From Phoronis australis (taxonomy: Eukaryota; Animalia; Phoronida), in assembly GCA_002633005.1 (NCBI GenBank), contig NMRA01000205.1:215498-279497 (forward strand): a stretch of DNA of 64,000 nucleotides. The letters are read 5' to 3'. The translations under genes and the position numbers were made by a program. Numbering within the stretch: the stretch's first letter is position 1; each line of letters opens with the position of its first letter. This document shows, piece after piece, positions 51,500 through 63,585 of the stretch. Below the pieces are notes generated by a model. That model did not search any database. It had not been told where the DNA came from and saw only the letters and a program-made list of their open reading frames with translations.

Positions 51500-54400
51500 A
51501 CTAAATAAATGTCGGAAGGTAACGGTGTCCTAGTCCGTGACAAAGTCAGTGAACCAAGACGGCCGTTGGCGAGTCCTGATCGAACGCCTGGGGGTGGGGG
51601 TCGGTGGTGGCGGGTCAGCAGGGCGCGCGGTTACGCATCATCACGCGGAGGCACGAGAGGTTCGGCTGGTGTACTGGGCGGCAATCGGCTGTCAGTTGTG
51701 GCGTCCTCGACGTGGGGAGCAGGAGGCGTGTCACTGACAAGCCCGGTGTCATTGGGCCTGGGTGGCGTCGGGAGTGGTGAACTAGTGACGGGCGGTGGTG
51801 AGGGAGCTGATGGTACGGTGGCGGGTTTCACAGGGGTGTATTTGCGAAGAAAACGTCTGTTTCGCAGAGTGATGCGACCGGAGCCATGTACCCGGATCAC
51901 GTACTGATCGTATTGCTTGACCTCAATGATTTGGCCGGTTTTTATCCCACTTGAGAGGATCGGGGCCGGTCTGATTCTGAATTCTGACCATATCACCAAC
52001 AACCAAGGGTGGAAGTTTCTTTGTTTGTTCCGACAAACGCTCACCAGATTTGAAATGACGATGTCGTAAAGCCAGTTCCCTCAACTCTAGGGTTTCTGAC
52101 CAGGTAGAATGGGGGTGGTAACGGCCTGGGCGGATAGGGATGAAATCCCGGATGGGACGCCCAAAGACGCACATGGCCGGGGAGAGGCGGGTATCCTTGT
52201 CCGGCGTGTTTCTGTACTGCAAGATTGCTCTCTAGAACGCATCTACTTCAAGTTCACCATGTAGTCCCGTGTTGTCACAGATGAGGCGCTTCACTGTCTT
52301 AACTCCGACCTCTGCTCTACGGTTGCTATGAGGGAAAGCCACGGAGGACACACGGTGGTTGGTACCCCACCTGCGGAGGAAGTCTTGGGTTGCAAAAGCA
52401 ATGAATTCTGGGCCGCCATCGCTCGCGAGCTCGTCCGGGATGCCGTAAGTTACGAAGGTGCGGCGTAAACAGTCAATAGGGCCCTTAGCACCATCATGCG
52501 CCCGCTCCACGATGGGCCAGTTAGAGTAGCGGTCGACTATCACCAAGTAGTTAACACCCCTGTAGGTGAAAAAGTCTGCACATACATGCTGGAACGGGTA
52601 ATCGGGAACAGTGAGAGGAGTGGGAGGGGCACAGGGTTGGGACGGTGCCATCCGGTTGCAGTGGTTGCACTTGTTGCGTAGTTCTATAATATCCAGTGTA
52701 ATGCCAGGCCAAAACACAGATGTCTAGGCTCTAGCTCTCATGGATGAGACGCCTTGGTGCGCCGCATGGAGGGAGTCCAGGACCAGGTGCCGCAGAGAAG
52801 GTGGGATGACGACGCGATCTTTGTAGAGTACAACGCCATCAACAGAGTACAGATACCGGCGGAACTGGTAGTACGACTGCAGCGGTGGGGGGAGATGGTC
52901 GCGCTCCTCAGGAATACCATATTCGATGATGTCGAGAAGGCGGCTGAAGTCGGGGTCGCTGCTAGTCGCCTCCCGTACGTCGTCCCAGGTGGTGCATTGC
53001 ACGTTGCTTAGGGCAGAGACAGCGGAGGTCTGGATGGTGAGGTCTACATCACCGTCGGGTTCCGCCATGTCGTCAGGGAGCAGAAGTCTGGTGGGGGTCC
53101 AGTAGGGTGTCGGGACAGGGCGTCAGCGGCTTTGTGACGTATGCCAGGGATGTGTACGATTTGGAAACGGTACCTCAACGTCTTTTCTTTGAGGTTGCGT
53201 AGCCGCGCGTTCGGTATGTCCTCTAGGGCGCGATCTGAGAATATCTTGAGCAGGGGTTTATGGTCTACGGCTACCGTCAAGTCCTCAACTAGCCAAGGAC
53301 GAAGAACCTGGCCTTATCAAGAGCATCGGCCACAGCCAGAGCCTCTCCCTCAATCGGTGCATAACGAGATTCAGCTGAGTGGGTAAACCGGCTGCCAACT
53401 AGGGTAACTTTCCATCCAGTAGGGCAACAGAAGGGTAGCCTGAAAGGACAGGTGCAGTGTTTCTGCAGGAGCCAAAAGCCAATGCCAGTCTTTGACCAGT
53501 CGGTGGCAAGGCAAGTTGGTTTAGCTTTGTCAAATATGCGCACACCTTCCTTGATCTCGCTGATTATTTTCTCTTTGGAGTCGTCAAACAGCTTCTGGAG
53601 AGCGTCGTCCCAGTGGAACGGAGTGTCCTTCTTGAGCAGTGCACGAAAGGGCAACATCTCGTCCGCCACGCTGAACGCGTACGACACCTGATTTAAAAGG
53701 TCAAACCACGACCTCATATCAGTTATGTTCTTGGGGGCGGGGAAGTTGCGTATGCTGTCAAGGTACTGTAGCTTTTGCTTGGCCTAACTTACACTGTCAG
53801 CTGTGATTTCAAACCCAGCGAATTCAACGGTCTCCTGAGCAAAGGTGAATTTGTCAGGGTTGAGGACTATGCCGTTGCGTCCGCAAACATCAAGCCATTG
53901 GCAGGCTCTCCGACCAGAGCAAAGCGTCATCAACGCATTTCGTGTGGTTGGGAATATCGCTGACGATCTCGTCGAATCGTCTGGTGTAGGCATCCCCGAG
54001 GCAATGTATCCTTGGGGTGCTGAGCAGTATCGATATCGTCCCCATGGGGTGATGAAGGTGGTGAGGTGTCGAACGGCTTCACAAAGGGGAACGCTATGGT
54101 AGCCGTTCCAGGCATCGAACACGGTCTTCTTGGTTCCGGGTGGTATAGATCGGGCTTGATGAAACGGGGAGCGTGTGTGGTGGGTTTCGAGGAGGGCATA
54201 TTTGTTGAGCGGCTGTAACTCGACCGTGCGGCGTGGTTTACCATTCTTCTTGGCACAGACTACCATGCGGTGGCACCAGGTCACGGGCTGGCCCACGGGT
54301 ACAGGCTCAATGACGTTGAGGAGGACGTCGTTATGAAGGCCAGCCTTCACCTCGGTTTGCCAGTGGAGGGGTACAGGCACCGGGGTATGGTGCGCGACAG

Positions 54401-56038
54401 GAGTGGCGGTTTTGTCGATCATGAGGCGCATCGGGGGGCCACTCATGCAAGGGAGGCGTTGATGGGGGCAGACGTTGAAGGTGCTGGCTTTGTAGAGATC
54501 ACGCAAGTATTGTTCAAGTTGTGGTCGGTTGTCCTCAGTCGAGGGACATGGCAAATCAGTTGGAAGAGGGGGTGGTTGCTGACGGAGGGGACAACCACAA
54601 GGTGCGAGCTCGTGCATAACGTCGGAGACGGTGTCCAGGGCAATGTCGCCAATGGTTGGGAAGTCCTGGGATATAAGCTGCAGATCGACACATGTTTCCT
54701 GGCTGAGGAACATTTTCGTGGCATCGTCAGTGACGTAGACAAGCTGCTTCGTGCGTATGGCGATGCCGTCGGGTGTGTGACCAGTGAGGATAAGGCTCGT
54801 AGCACCAAGTATGTTGATGCCCTTGTTGGTAGCTGTGTGCATGAGCTTTCGTCTCGTCAGCCCAAGGGGGCGAAGGGTCTGAATGCCCGCTATGCAACTT
54901 TGACAACCTGTGTCGGCCATGCAGCTGATGGTGGCAGTGTCGGTGGCCAGACGTGGTTGAGGGCTTGTACTCGGAGAACCCGAAGTAGTCGTAATCCGAC
55001 AGGGCAATGGATGCTGTGATGGTAATGAAAGGCTGGGGCATAGAGCTAGAGCGGGACCATGTATCGGTGAGCGTGTCGAATATGTGGTGGCTAAGCTTGA
55101 TCGGGTGACGGGTAAGTGGGGGGTTGGAAGTCACACCACACAATGAGTTAAACACAGCGTTGTTGGTCTCGGGGGCGGGTTTACTCTTGCATACGTCCTT
55201 GAAGTGGTTCATCTTGCCACAGAGTGTACACGTCTTCCCATAGGCGGGGCACGACTTCCTGCGCAGTTGGGTTGGTGCAGAGCGGCCATGTCCCTCTTCA
55301 CCGCAATACATGCAGGGTTGTGCCGGTCGTCGCTGCTGGCGTCTGTAGGAGCTGGCTGCCGCGGCACCTTGAGATTCCAGAAGGCGGTTGGCGGAACGTT
55401 TCCCTGCCCCTTTGGCCTCAATGAATTTCAGAGTTTCCTCTAGAAACATGTCCTGGCTGTGGTCACCAAGGAAGTCGAGTTATATTTCTGAGTCATTAAG
55501 GCCCCGAGCCACGCAGTCTCGTATTATGTGGTCAGTGTAGTTCACGGTGGCACCGCAGTTGTGACACGGCCTGGCCTTTCAGACGGGCGCCAAATGCACG
55601 GATGGGTTCGTTCCTGTCCTGTCGCATGGAATGCAATCCTGCTCGGGCCACCATCATGTTCTCCTCACGGACGGCGAGGGTTCGGATGCACTGGAGCTGG
55701 ACCTCTGTCTCGGACTTGGAAGTGAGGGGGCCGCTGGAGTTGCGAGTGAGATCTTTCCGTAGCGGTTCCTCACAGCATTCAAGCAGCTGGATAATCAGAT
55801 CTTGGCCGCTGATCTTGGTGGCAGCAACGTAGTCGCGCCACCTGTTGAGATAGTATTCCCAGTCTTCACTGGTGCCTGCCGCTGTGACGTTTGGTCGTTT
55901 GATTTTCTCCGTGGTGGGTTTGCTAAAAGTATTGGTGTGGGCGGCGCTATGTGCCGTTATCAAAGCCGCTACGAAAGCGTTGTCGAGGTCCTCGGTGACG
56001 TAGTCACAGCCCGGTATGGGACAGGCGACAACGGGCAT
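51500..56038 (-). pseudogene. Gypsy gag-pol with multiple frameshifts and stops
   Basis: Gag from ATG 56038; two CCHC-type knuckles (CMYCGEEGH, CTLCGKMNHFKDVC); protease ADTGCQS; RT WCHRMVVCAKKNGKPRRTV, FDAWNGYHSV, KCVDD (~53930); RNase H LATDWSKTGIG..YAPIEGEALA; integrase HHCC, DRYSNWP, SDGGPEF, SNRRAEVGVK. Confidence 0.95.
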
Positions 56039-56103
56039 GTTGGCGTGCAGTGTGGGTCAACGGCTACTGGCTGTGGACTGTGGTGTGCGTAGCTGGGCTC
56101 AAG

Positions 56104-56117
56104 ACAGATCCTCTTCA
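56104..56117 (-). other. Primer-binding site TGAAGAGGATCTGT, complementary to the LTR itself
   Basis: Lies immediately 3' of the 5' LTR and does not start with TGG. It is a perfect complement of the LTR segment 51266-51279, with 1 mismatch to 56160-56173. Confidence 0.75.
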
Positions 56118-56351
56118 TAAATAAACATATAGTTATTTTAAAGATCGTCTTTACTAGAATGAAGATGATCTGTAAATAAACAAAGGCAGGACTTAGCCTA
56201 ACGATATGATAAAGTTCTACTATGTGAAATACGACTTACAATAGTCTTATTTACTAATAAAAGAGTCCGACATCACAACCGTGGGTTGAAGGGAGTAGCG
56301 GAAGGACGTCCTATAGCGACACCTATCGTTCGCCGAACAAAGTATTCTCTA
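56118..56351 (-). repeat. 5' LTR (234 bp)
   Basis: Direct repeat of 51224-51464. Ends on the element strand are TAGAGAATA...GTTTATTTA. Confidence 0.95.
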
Positions 56352-58439
56352 GGGAATTCTTTAAGTGAGGGGAAGATTGCTCCCGCTTAGTAGTAGCCCC
56401 AACCCTTACAGCCATCATAGACGCTGCCTCATTATAATCTTAAAATTTTCTTTTCAGATAATATAGATGGACTGTTTTGCACTACTTATACAATCAAACG
56501 TTTTAATTTAGCGAATTTCATTGCTTGTGTTTTATGGTTTATCTCTCTGGTGCCACCCTTCTTGTTACAGCTCAGGCCCCTCTGCAGTTTGCATCTGACT
56601 GGTTGCAAATTTGCCCACCAGCCAAGTGAAATTGAAGGGCAAGTGTGCTTTACTCCATGAATGTCACAAATCTGAAGGTGTTGAACCCTAATTTTGAATT
56701 GGTGATAGTTACTTACCGGGGTCTTGGATTTTGAAAACCAGTTTGCCGTTAGTTCAGTGGAGAAAAATGTTTCTCGAAACGTGGGACCTCTCCGTAAGTC
56801 ATTATTTCCTTCGAAGTAAGTGGTTTTGGGCAATTCGAGAGTGGGGTACCTTTTGATATTTGTTCCTGTAAATGTGGTTGAGCAGGAAAACTTCTTGTTT
56901 GTGAATTGGCAACAACTTGATTGCTATGTTCTCGAGGCGAGTCCTTTTACAGTAACCGTCGTATTGACTCAATTCTGCAACAAAATCGAATGTAATCCAA
57001 CTAAAAATCCTGTAACTTAGATTGGCAGCTGTAATACTCAAACTCATCCGCGCAAGTGACTACAATTGACACTGCACTGCAGCGATACTTGTGCTGGGAC
57101 AGTACTTTAATGTGACATCCTAGTCTTATGCAGAAGGAACTTCAGTTCATGACAGCCATTGGAAATGAGCTGTAAATGCAGAAGAGGAAACAGTATGCAA
57201 CGAAATTATTTTTGGCATAACTGCTTTTGGGAATGGACGGCGTTGAATGGCGACAAAAATAAAATTGCATTTTAATGGCTTAGTTCCGCCTTTTTAGTAG
57301 ACCATCCAATTAGTGCAACTTAGGACTAGTGCGCCTTTGCTCTTGGGCACCATCGGAATAGTGCACTTTCGTACTCTAGTGAGCTGCTCCCGATCTGCCT
57401 TATCTTTGTTTTGACTATGAACTTTCGTGGACTTACAAGACGTTGTATTTTTCCTTTTCTTCATGGACGCTTTGTGAACCATGAAAACTAAGGCAAACCT
57501 GCCAATTCACGTTCGGCAGAGATTTTGTAAATGATTTTTCAAAATACTGAGGGAGAGAAAATAATGCAAATTTGTAGCTGTGGTTTGCACTTTAAAATAT
57601 CGCACGTGCACTTCATATCAGACAAATTGCCACCCTTACAAACCAACTCGTGTTAGTTCAAAAGAATTGCAATATGAAACCGACCCTGTCGCAACAAAAT
57701 GGTCAGACTGTACGAAAACAGGCTAATGGGAAAACGTCAAAGGAAACTGATTATGTAGCCAGTCAGCCGTGTTTTCGGAAAGAAGGCGGGCATATTTTAT
57801 GAAACAGTCAAACATTTTATGTGTTTTTTAAACATATTAGTGAATTTTTAAAAAACACTTTCTTTTTAATGTATGTAATTGTATCTCACTGGTAAGAATT
57901 TTATTCTTCCATACTTATTTCTCATTAGGTAAACACAGTTTGTTAGAATTGCCCTTCATAATCTTAGTTACCAGCAAAATCAACAAATATCTCGATAAAT
58001 GATAGTCATTTGAGTGAAGTCGCGAGATCCAAAATATAATGTCTCGCCAAAATAAATCTTTACTTCAAAACACATTACATACGGATGACAAAACGAGTCC
58101 GTCCGATTTTCAAGACATGCTACACGTACCGAAAATACGCACACGGCTGTACTTTTTTGAAATTTTTCCGAAAATACGCCAGTGGACGTACTTGCTTTGG
58201 GGCGAGTCTATATTTTCAGAAATTCCTGGTTGTTGGCATTTGACGAGTACAATTGGTGACGTCGAACTATTCGTGACGTATTCACTTTACAAATTTTGTA
58301 AAATGAAGCCGGGAATGGCTCACAGTGTCATTCGAAACTTTATAAAAATTACAATATTATGGTTTATCCACTTTATCTTGCGAATTATGCTGAAAACGAC
58401 CAAGAAAGTTTACTCTGTCAGGAGGAAATTCCCGCGCAC

Positions 58440-60695
58440 TATGTCTTTTGGCAACAAAGACGCCTCTGGAACCACGGCAGTGAATGATAAGTGGTAAGGA
58501 GACACATCTGACGCGTCCAAAACTGTTCACAAAGCAGAAGCTGACACTAAATTACTGCAATCTTATGTCAGGTGTGTAACAGATTTGTGTTGTCTTCTTG
58601 TGATAGCATCACGCCGCAAAAAGGCAAACAGTGTCCGCAAATCAACGGACCTTGGTGGGCATGTCACCGAGTATGAAGTCGAGTGCGAAGTTGGAAACTC
58701 GACAAGCATCTACAAAGAAGACAAAAAATGTGAAAGAAACACTTCGGAGGAAGTGTCCCGCGATTCCACAGAGAACGACGAGAAGGTAAAACAGAATGTC
58801 CATGAAAATACGGATCTAAAAAATAAACAGAACGATCCTACTGATGACCCTGGTGTTGAAGGGAGAGAAGTCATGCAATTGAACGGTAGAAACAAACCAG
58901 GCGATGTCTAAGATGTTCAACAGGAAGTCATTCAGCCGTCAAGTACCACTGGGTTTGCTGATGAGGCTTATAGTGAGGAAAAAGTCCTGAAATCCGAAAG
59001 CAAACCCGTTCAAAATGACCACTTAAAAGACGCCACATTGTCTGATTTTACTAAGACAACTGAATCTATAGTTTCGGAGGAAGTGTGCCCCATTTCTACA
59101 AAGAAAGATGGGTCGTGGAAGACTAATGATCATCAAAAGAGGCACTCCCAAATTCAACAAAAGTGCCAATTGGTAAGCCTGATGGTAGAGGGTGAGAAAT
59201 CATGAAATTGGATAACAGAAAGAAACCGATTGACTTTGACAATGTTCAAAAGGAAGTCATGCAACCGTCAGATATCGTTTGTTTCCCAGATGGTATGAAG
59301 AAAGTCTTGAAATCTAAAAGTAAAAGCGTTGAAGGTCACCACTTTGAAGACGCCACCAAGTCGACCGAGTCTAGAGTTTCTGAGGAAGTTTACCACATTT
59401 CCACAGACAAGGATGAATTGCTGTAGAAGAATGTCCATGGAAAGACTGAGCTGCCAGAGTTACTGGCAAGTCAAATCCCTATCATTGCACCCGAAGAAGA
59501 AAATTGCATCGAAATATGAAATATTGAGGAAATTCCTGCGGACGCCGAAAATTGTGATATCCATGGGTTGCCTTACGGTGCAACTTTTTCTCTATTGAAA
59601 TAGCTGCTTCAGAAACCATCCGCCATAGCTCTACATGTATGATTGATACTGGAGAGAAAGAAGCCGGTAAACTGGAAGGCATAAACAAGCCAGGCTACTT
59701 TGAAGATGTTCGAAGTCATACACTCGTCAAGTATTGTTCATTTCGCTGGCAATGATGACAGTAAGGAGAAAGTCCTGAAATTTGAAATTATATCCGTTAG
59801 AAGTCGCCACTTGGACGACATCACACTGATAGATTTCAGTGATTCGACTGAGCCTACAGTTTCATCTGTGATTGAGTAAACTTTTACACAGGACTCACGA
59901 CGATCCGTATCTGAGACTCTGTGCAGCAAATCAGGCAGCGTCGAAGTTAAAAGCCCAGAAGATGCAAATTTGCACAGCTTCGCTAAGTTGCCCCAAGATG
60001 CCATTTCTTCTCATACTGTAAATCTTTTAGAGTACACGTTGATAGATGAAACTACTGAGAAGAACAAAATAAAATTTCAGAGCAGTGGTCTGCCCAGCAA
60101 GCGTGAAGACATGCCACTGCACTGGACGATGTTAAACCTTCTATTGTCACCACCTAGCCTCACAGTCACATTTCGTTTGTGACGTTGCATTTTCCAACGA
60201 ATATTGATATTGAGTAATGATGAATGTAATACCACATATCTTCAAGCTAAGAACGAGCCAGGGGAGGTTGAGGATGCTCGCCAAGAGGACCGCAGATCGT
60301 CTCCTTTTGAAACGTTGCCTCAGTATGATTTTTGTTTTGCTGGTGGGGATTATTCAATGGACACTGAATACAACTGTAAAAGTAAAACAAGATTGCAAAT
60401 TAGCAACAAGACATACACAATTGATGGCATTTCTTCAGAAGACAAGACGTTTGTGGATGTGCCTCTCGATGCCGTTTCTTCTGATTCAGAGGACACCCAC
60501 AGAATTACCAGTGATTTTACGAATAAATCAAATATTGTAAAACGTGAAGGACTTTTCAAGCGTTTGAAATCACGATTCAGACGGAATCGTCATGTGGTCA
60601 AGGTCTGTGCGCAAAGTTTCGTCTCGCGATGGCGGTATTTGATGTGTTGCAGTGCTTTTGAAGACGAGAACACCTATGCCAGATTACGCAACTGA
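58440..60695 (+). pseudogene. Decayed long exon of an acidic/Ser-Thr-rich protein with ~310-330-bp internal repeats; last 163 codons open
   Basis: Chain of protein-like ORF fragments (58585, 59202, 60204) interrupted by stops and frameshifts. SEEV..IST repeats at 58745/59073/59380 and KVLK..SV..H..D repeats at 58980/59300/59769. Confidence 0.55.
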
Positions 60696-60950
60696 CGGAC
60701 AGAAGTATAAGTTCAATCTTGAGCGCTTTTTTAACACTTTTAACGTTTTCTTATCATAAAATACGCTGTACATCGTTGTTCGGAACCATAAAGTCTCTGC
60801 TGTGCACACATATTGAATGTAAATTGCACGAGGAAAGGCAACATAAATGAAAGTGCAGCTGAAAAGTTTATTTTAAGTGTGCTTAAGCTGAAAGTACGCT
60901 GAGTACTCTCTAACGGATAAAGTTTCAGTGTAATGAGACACTTCTCTTTT

Positions 60951-63140
60951 CAGTGGCGGATCTACGGGGGGGTTCAGGGGGTTTAAACACCCCCCTTGGG
61001 CCAGGACCCAAAAATTAAAAAAAAACAAAAAAAACGTCTCCAGCAAAACAAAAACGGCACCGCCAGCGTGTACAAACCCCGAGTAAACCAACTTGGAAAA
61101 AATGAGGGGAGGAGGGTTCACTCTGAAAATATATTTTTGCATTGTTAATTGCTGTTATGAAAATCAACGCGTTTCGAGTCTTCGTGGCTCATCGGCAAAA
61201 CCCCGCAGATCAATTGTGCGCGCGCTTCCGACGACACTTCTGAAGTAGCCAAGCATCCACCGCTGAAAAAGCAGCCCTATTGCTGATTTCTTTAGGTAAC
61301 TAGTTTCTTTACTCTAAGATATGTTTTGATTTGATTAGGGGAAATACTGTGGTGCCGCAACCCTGATATTCAGGCGAATTGATGGGCAACGTTTTTACCT
61401 CATCTGTCATGCCATGTCATCCTATTACACCCCACACGTTTGACTGGTGTATTGTAAAGTTGTCTTGCGCAATATCATACAGTGTACGTGTACATGTAAT
61501 ACTTTTGAAAAAAAAAACTCGTTTTCCGAAGAATTGCTATTGTGGCGGGCGCCGTGGTCTGGTCGCGAGTCTGTTTGAAGATCATGGCACTCTAACAAGT
61601 TATGACTATACAAGGAATGACCAAGGGGGCACTCACATTAACAAAGTGACCGCATTCGCGAACAGTGTACAGTACCAGAAATTGCGGGGAGGCTGTATTT
61701 TCACAACAAAGTCTTGCGGGACTCGTGCGATGTTCAATGGGCCTTCTAAGGAGCTCTAATGCCGACCTCAACCGCCTACCGTCTTTCTACCTGCAATAAG
61801 CACCAGTGAGGTTTTCTATAGGCCCTACTGAGATGATTTCCGCAGAAAGGCCCACGCGACGAAACGCCCATGCCCATGGGCATTTATTTGATGTTAGTAC
61901 TTCGGGTTTCAAGCGTTCACACATTGGGACGTTTATTTCGAAAGTTGCAAGAGATGCAAATGGGTCCTGGGATACATCGTCAAGGTTTGAAGTAGTCCAT
62001 GATGAACGGAACAAATTTAGTTGAGCATGTTGTAAGTCTTTTGAATGGACTTGGTAACCTCAGGGGGCTTAGTGCCAACTGAGCTGCGAAACGAGATGCT
62101 GACATTGTAGAGGTGGACAAGGTCATTGACACAACAGTTGACGAAGTGCAAGCGTTGGGAACAAACGTCGAAGATGTCTGGGTAGAATGGTTCTAAGACA
62201 AGCAAACCATTGGATCCGATATACAGAATCCTCGGCAGTCTAGACAGCAGGAAGATAGGACCAACGTTCCTGGTGAAACACCCAGGTAATAAGTTATAAT
62301 TATTCACAGTTTGTAATAATGTCGGTTTTTTATGCTTGTGTACAATGAAAACGAAATAGAAATTATTTTTAGACATGCCAAATTTACCCAGTACACCAGA
62401 GGGTCTACGAGCGCACAGAAACTGATTCTGGTTTGTATTTCCACATGAGTCTATCTGCTTCATATCCAAAATCTTATTTCACGTAGTGCGTAGTTAAATC
62501 TGTACCCAATACTTATTTCTTCCAATGAGTACTACAGAACGGTGCGAAAACCTTTCCTTGATAACCTCTCGCAACAGTTGACCACCAGATGTGTAAACTA
62601 CACGTACGAGCAACCACTGGGGATTAAAACGTGTCTGGAGAGAAGTTTCAATTCAAAATTTTTTGCAAAGTACGCTTCAGGTCTCACGACGGACCAGGCC
62701 AGCTTGATTTGTGAAGATATCGAGTTTCAGTGTACTTCTGGTCCCTCGGCGAACTAGTCTTGTGATGTTCTTTACCAAAGTGTGCTTTGTAAAACTATTT
62801 ATCTCAACCAGTACTGTTTGGTCCCGCTACAGATCGACTGTTTTTATAAGGATAATAAGCACACAGGTGTACTTTTGGTCTCGTGACGGACCAGGCCAGA
62901 GTTTTTGTGTACTCTCAGTGTACATCTTGTAATATTCTGATATTACGAAATCAGAATATAAGATTGGTCCCTCTACGAACTACAACTGTATATCTTTTCA
63001 CCACGGTGTAGGCTTACAGAGTGTTTTGGTTTCGTGGAACTGTTTTCAGATGATTTGTTTCNCTCGGCGCCACGCGCCTCGGATTCGGCCTTTGCGGGAA
63101 TCCTAAACCCCCCCTTACTGAAAACGTAGATCCGCCACTG
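60951..63140. mobile_element. MITE of the 43412 family split by a ~2-kb insert; TSD CTTTT
   Basis: CAGTGGCGGATCTACG...CGTAGATCCGCCACTG. 60951-61060 and 63063-63140 are the reverse complements of the two halves of 43412-43628. CTTTT at 60946-50 and 63141-45. N at 63062. Confidence 0.65.
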
Positions 63141-63585
63141 CTTTTGCCGCCTTTCTCAGTAGACTGACACCACAAGACAGGTTACACAGCCATCTAGACA
63201 CTGCATGTCCAGATGAAAACTGACCAGTAGGCAGATTGTTCGAGGTTTCGATTCTATGTAAGCCTGCCAAAATTGCCTCGTTGTTAGAGGCATGCATAAC
63301 GCTATCTCGTCGTTATATAGCGTATGTAGCCAGCACACTAACTCGGGGCAGCTGGAATATCCAATCGTGTCAAAATTCCGAAATTTCGATTAAAGCATAT
63401 TCATTAAAGACCCGGATTTAACTATTGTGTTTACTTATTGTCCACACAGCATTTGCCGAGAATAGTCTTTTCAAGTCGTCGATAATAGCGAGCCAAGTTT
63501 CATTCCCAAAGTCCCTAATACATAGGGGCTGGGGAGTTAAAGCCCCCACTTTTTTCAGTGCTACGCCTCACATGCTCAAGTAGCC

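Larger units (their letters stand above)
51224..56351 (-). mobile_element. Full-length decayed Ty3/Gypsy LTR retrotransposon (probably Mag-related)
   Basis: Two LTRs, 5-bp TSD GGGAA (51219-23 / 56352-56), PPT GGGGGGAGG next to the 3' LTR (51465-73), and gag-PR-RT-RH-IN domain order. Confidence 0.96.

Noticed and set aside
54270-55019. 249-aa plus-strand ORF and other plus-strand ORFs at 51.5-56.1 kb
   Set aside because: Antisense shadows of the GC-rich gag-pol.
56500-57050. MULE transposase remnant (QEGWHQR, YRIF) on the minus strand
   Set aside because: Only two short motifs amid stops, with no TIR or TSD found. It needs BLASTX.
62680-63060. ~200-bp imperfect tandem duplication with TGGTC cores
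   Set aside because: Looks like an ordinary decayed minisatellite next to an assembly gap.
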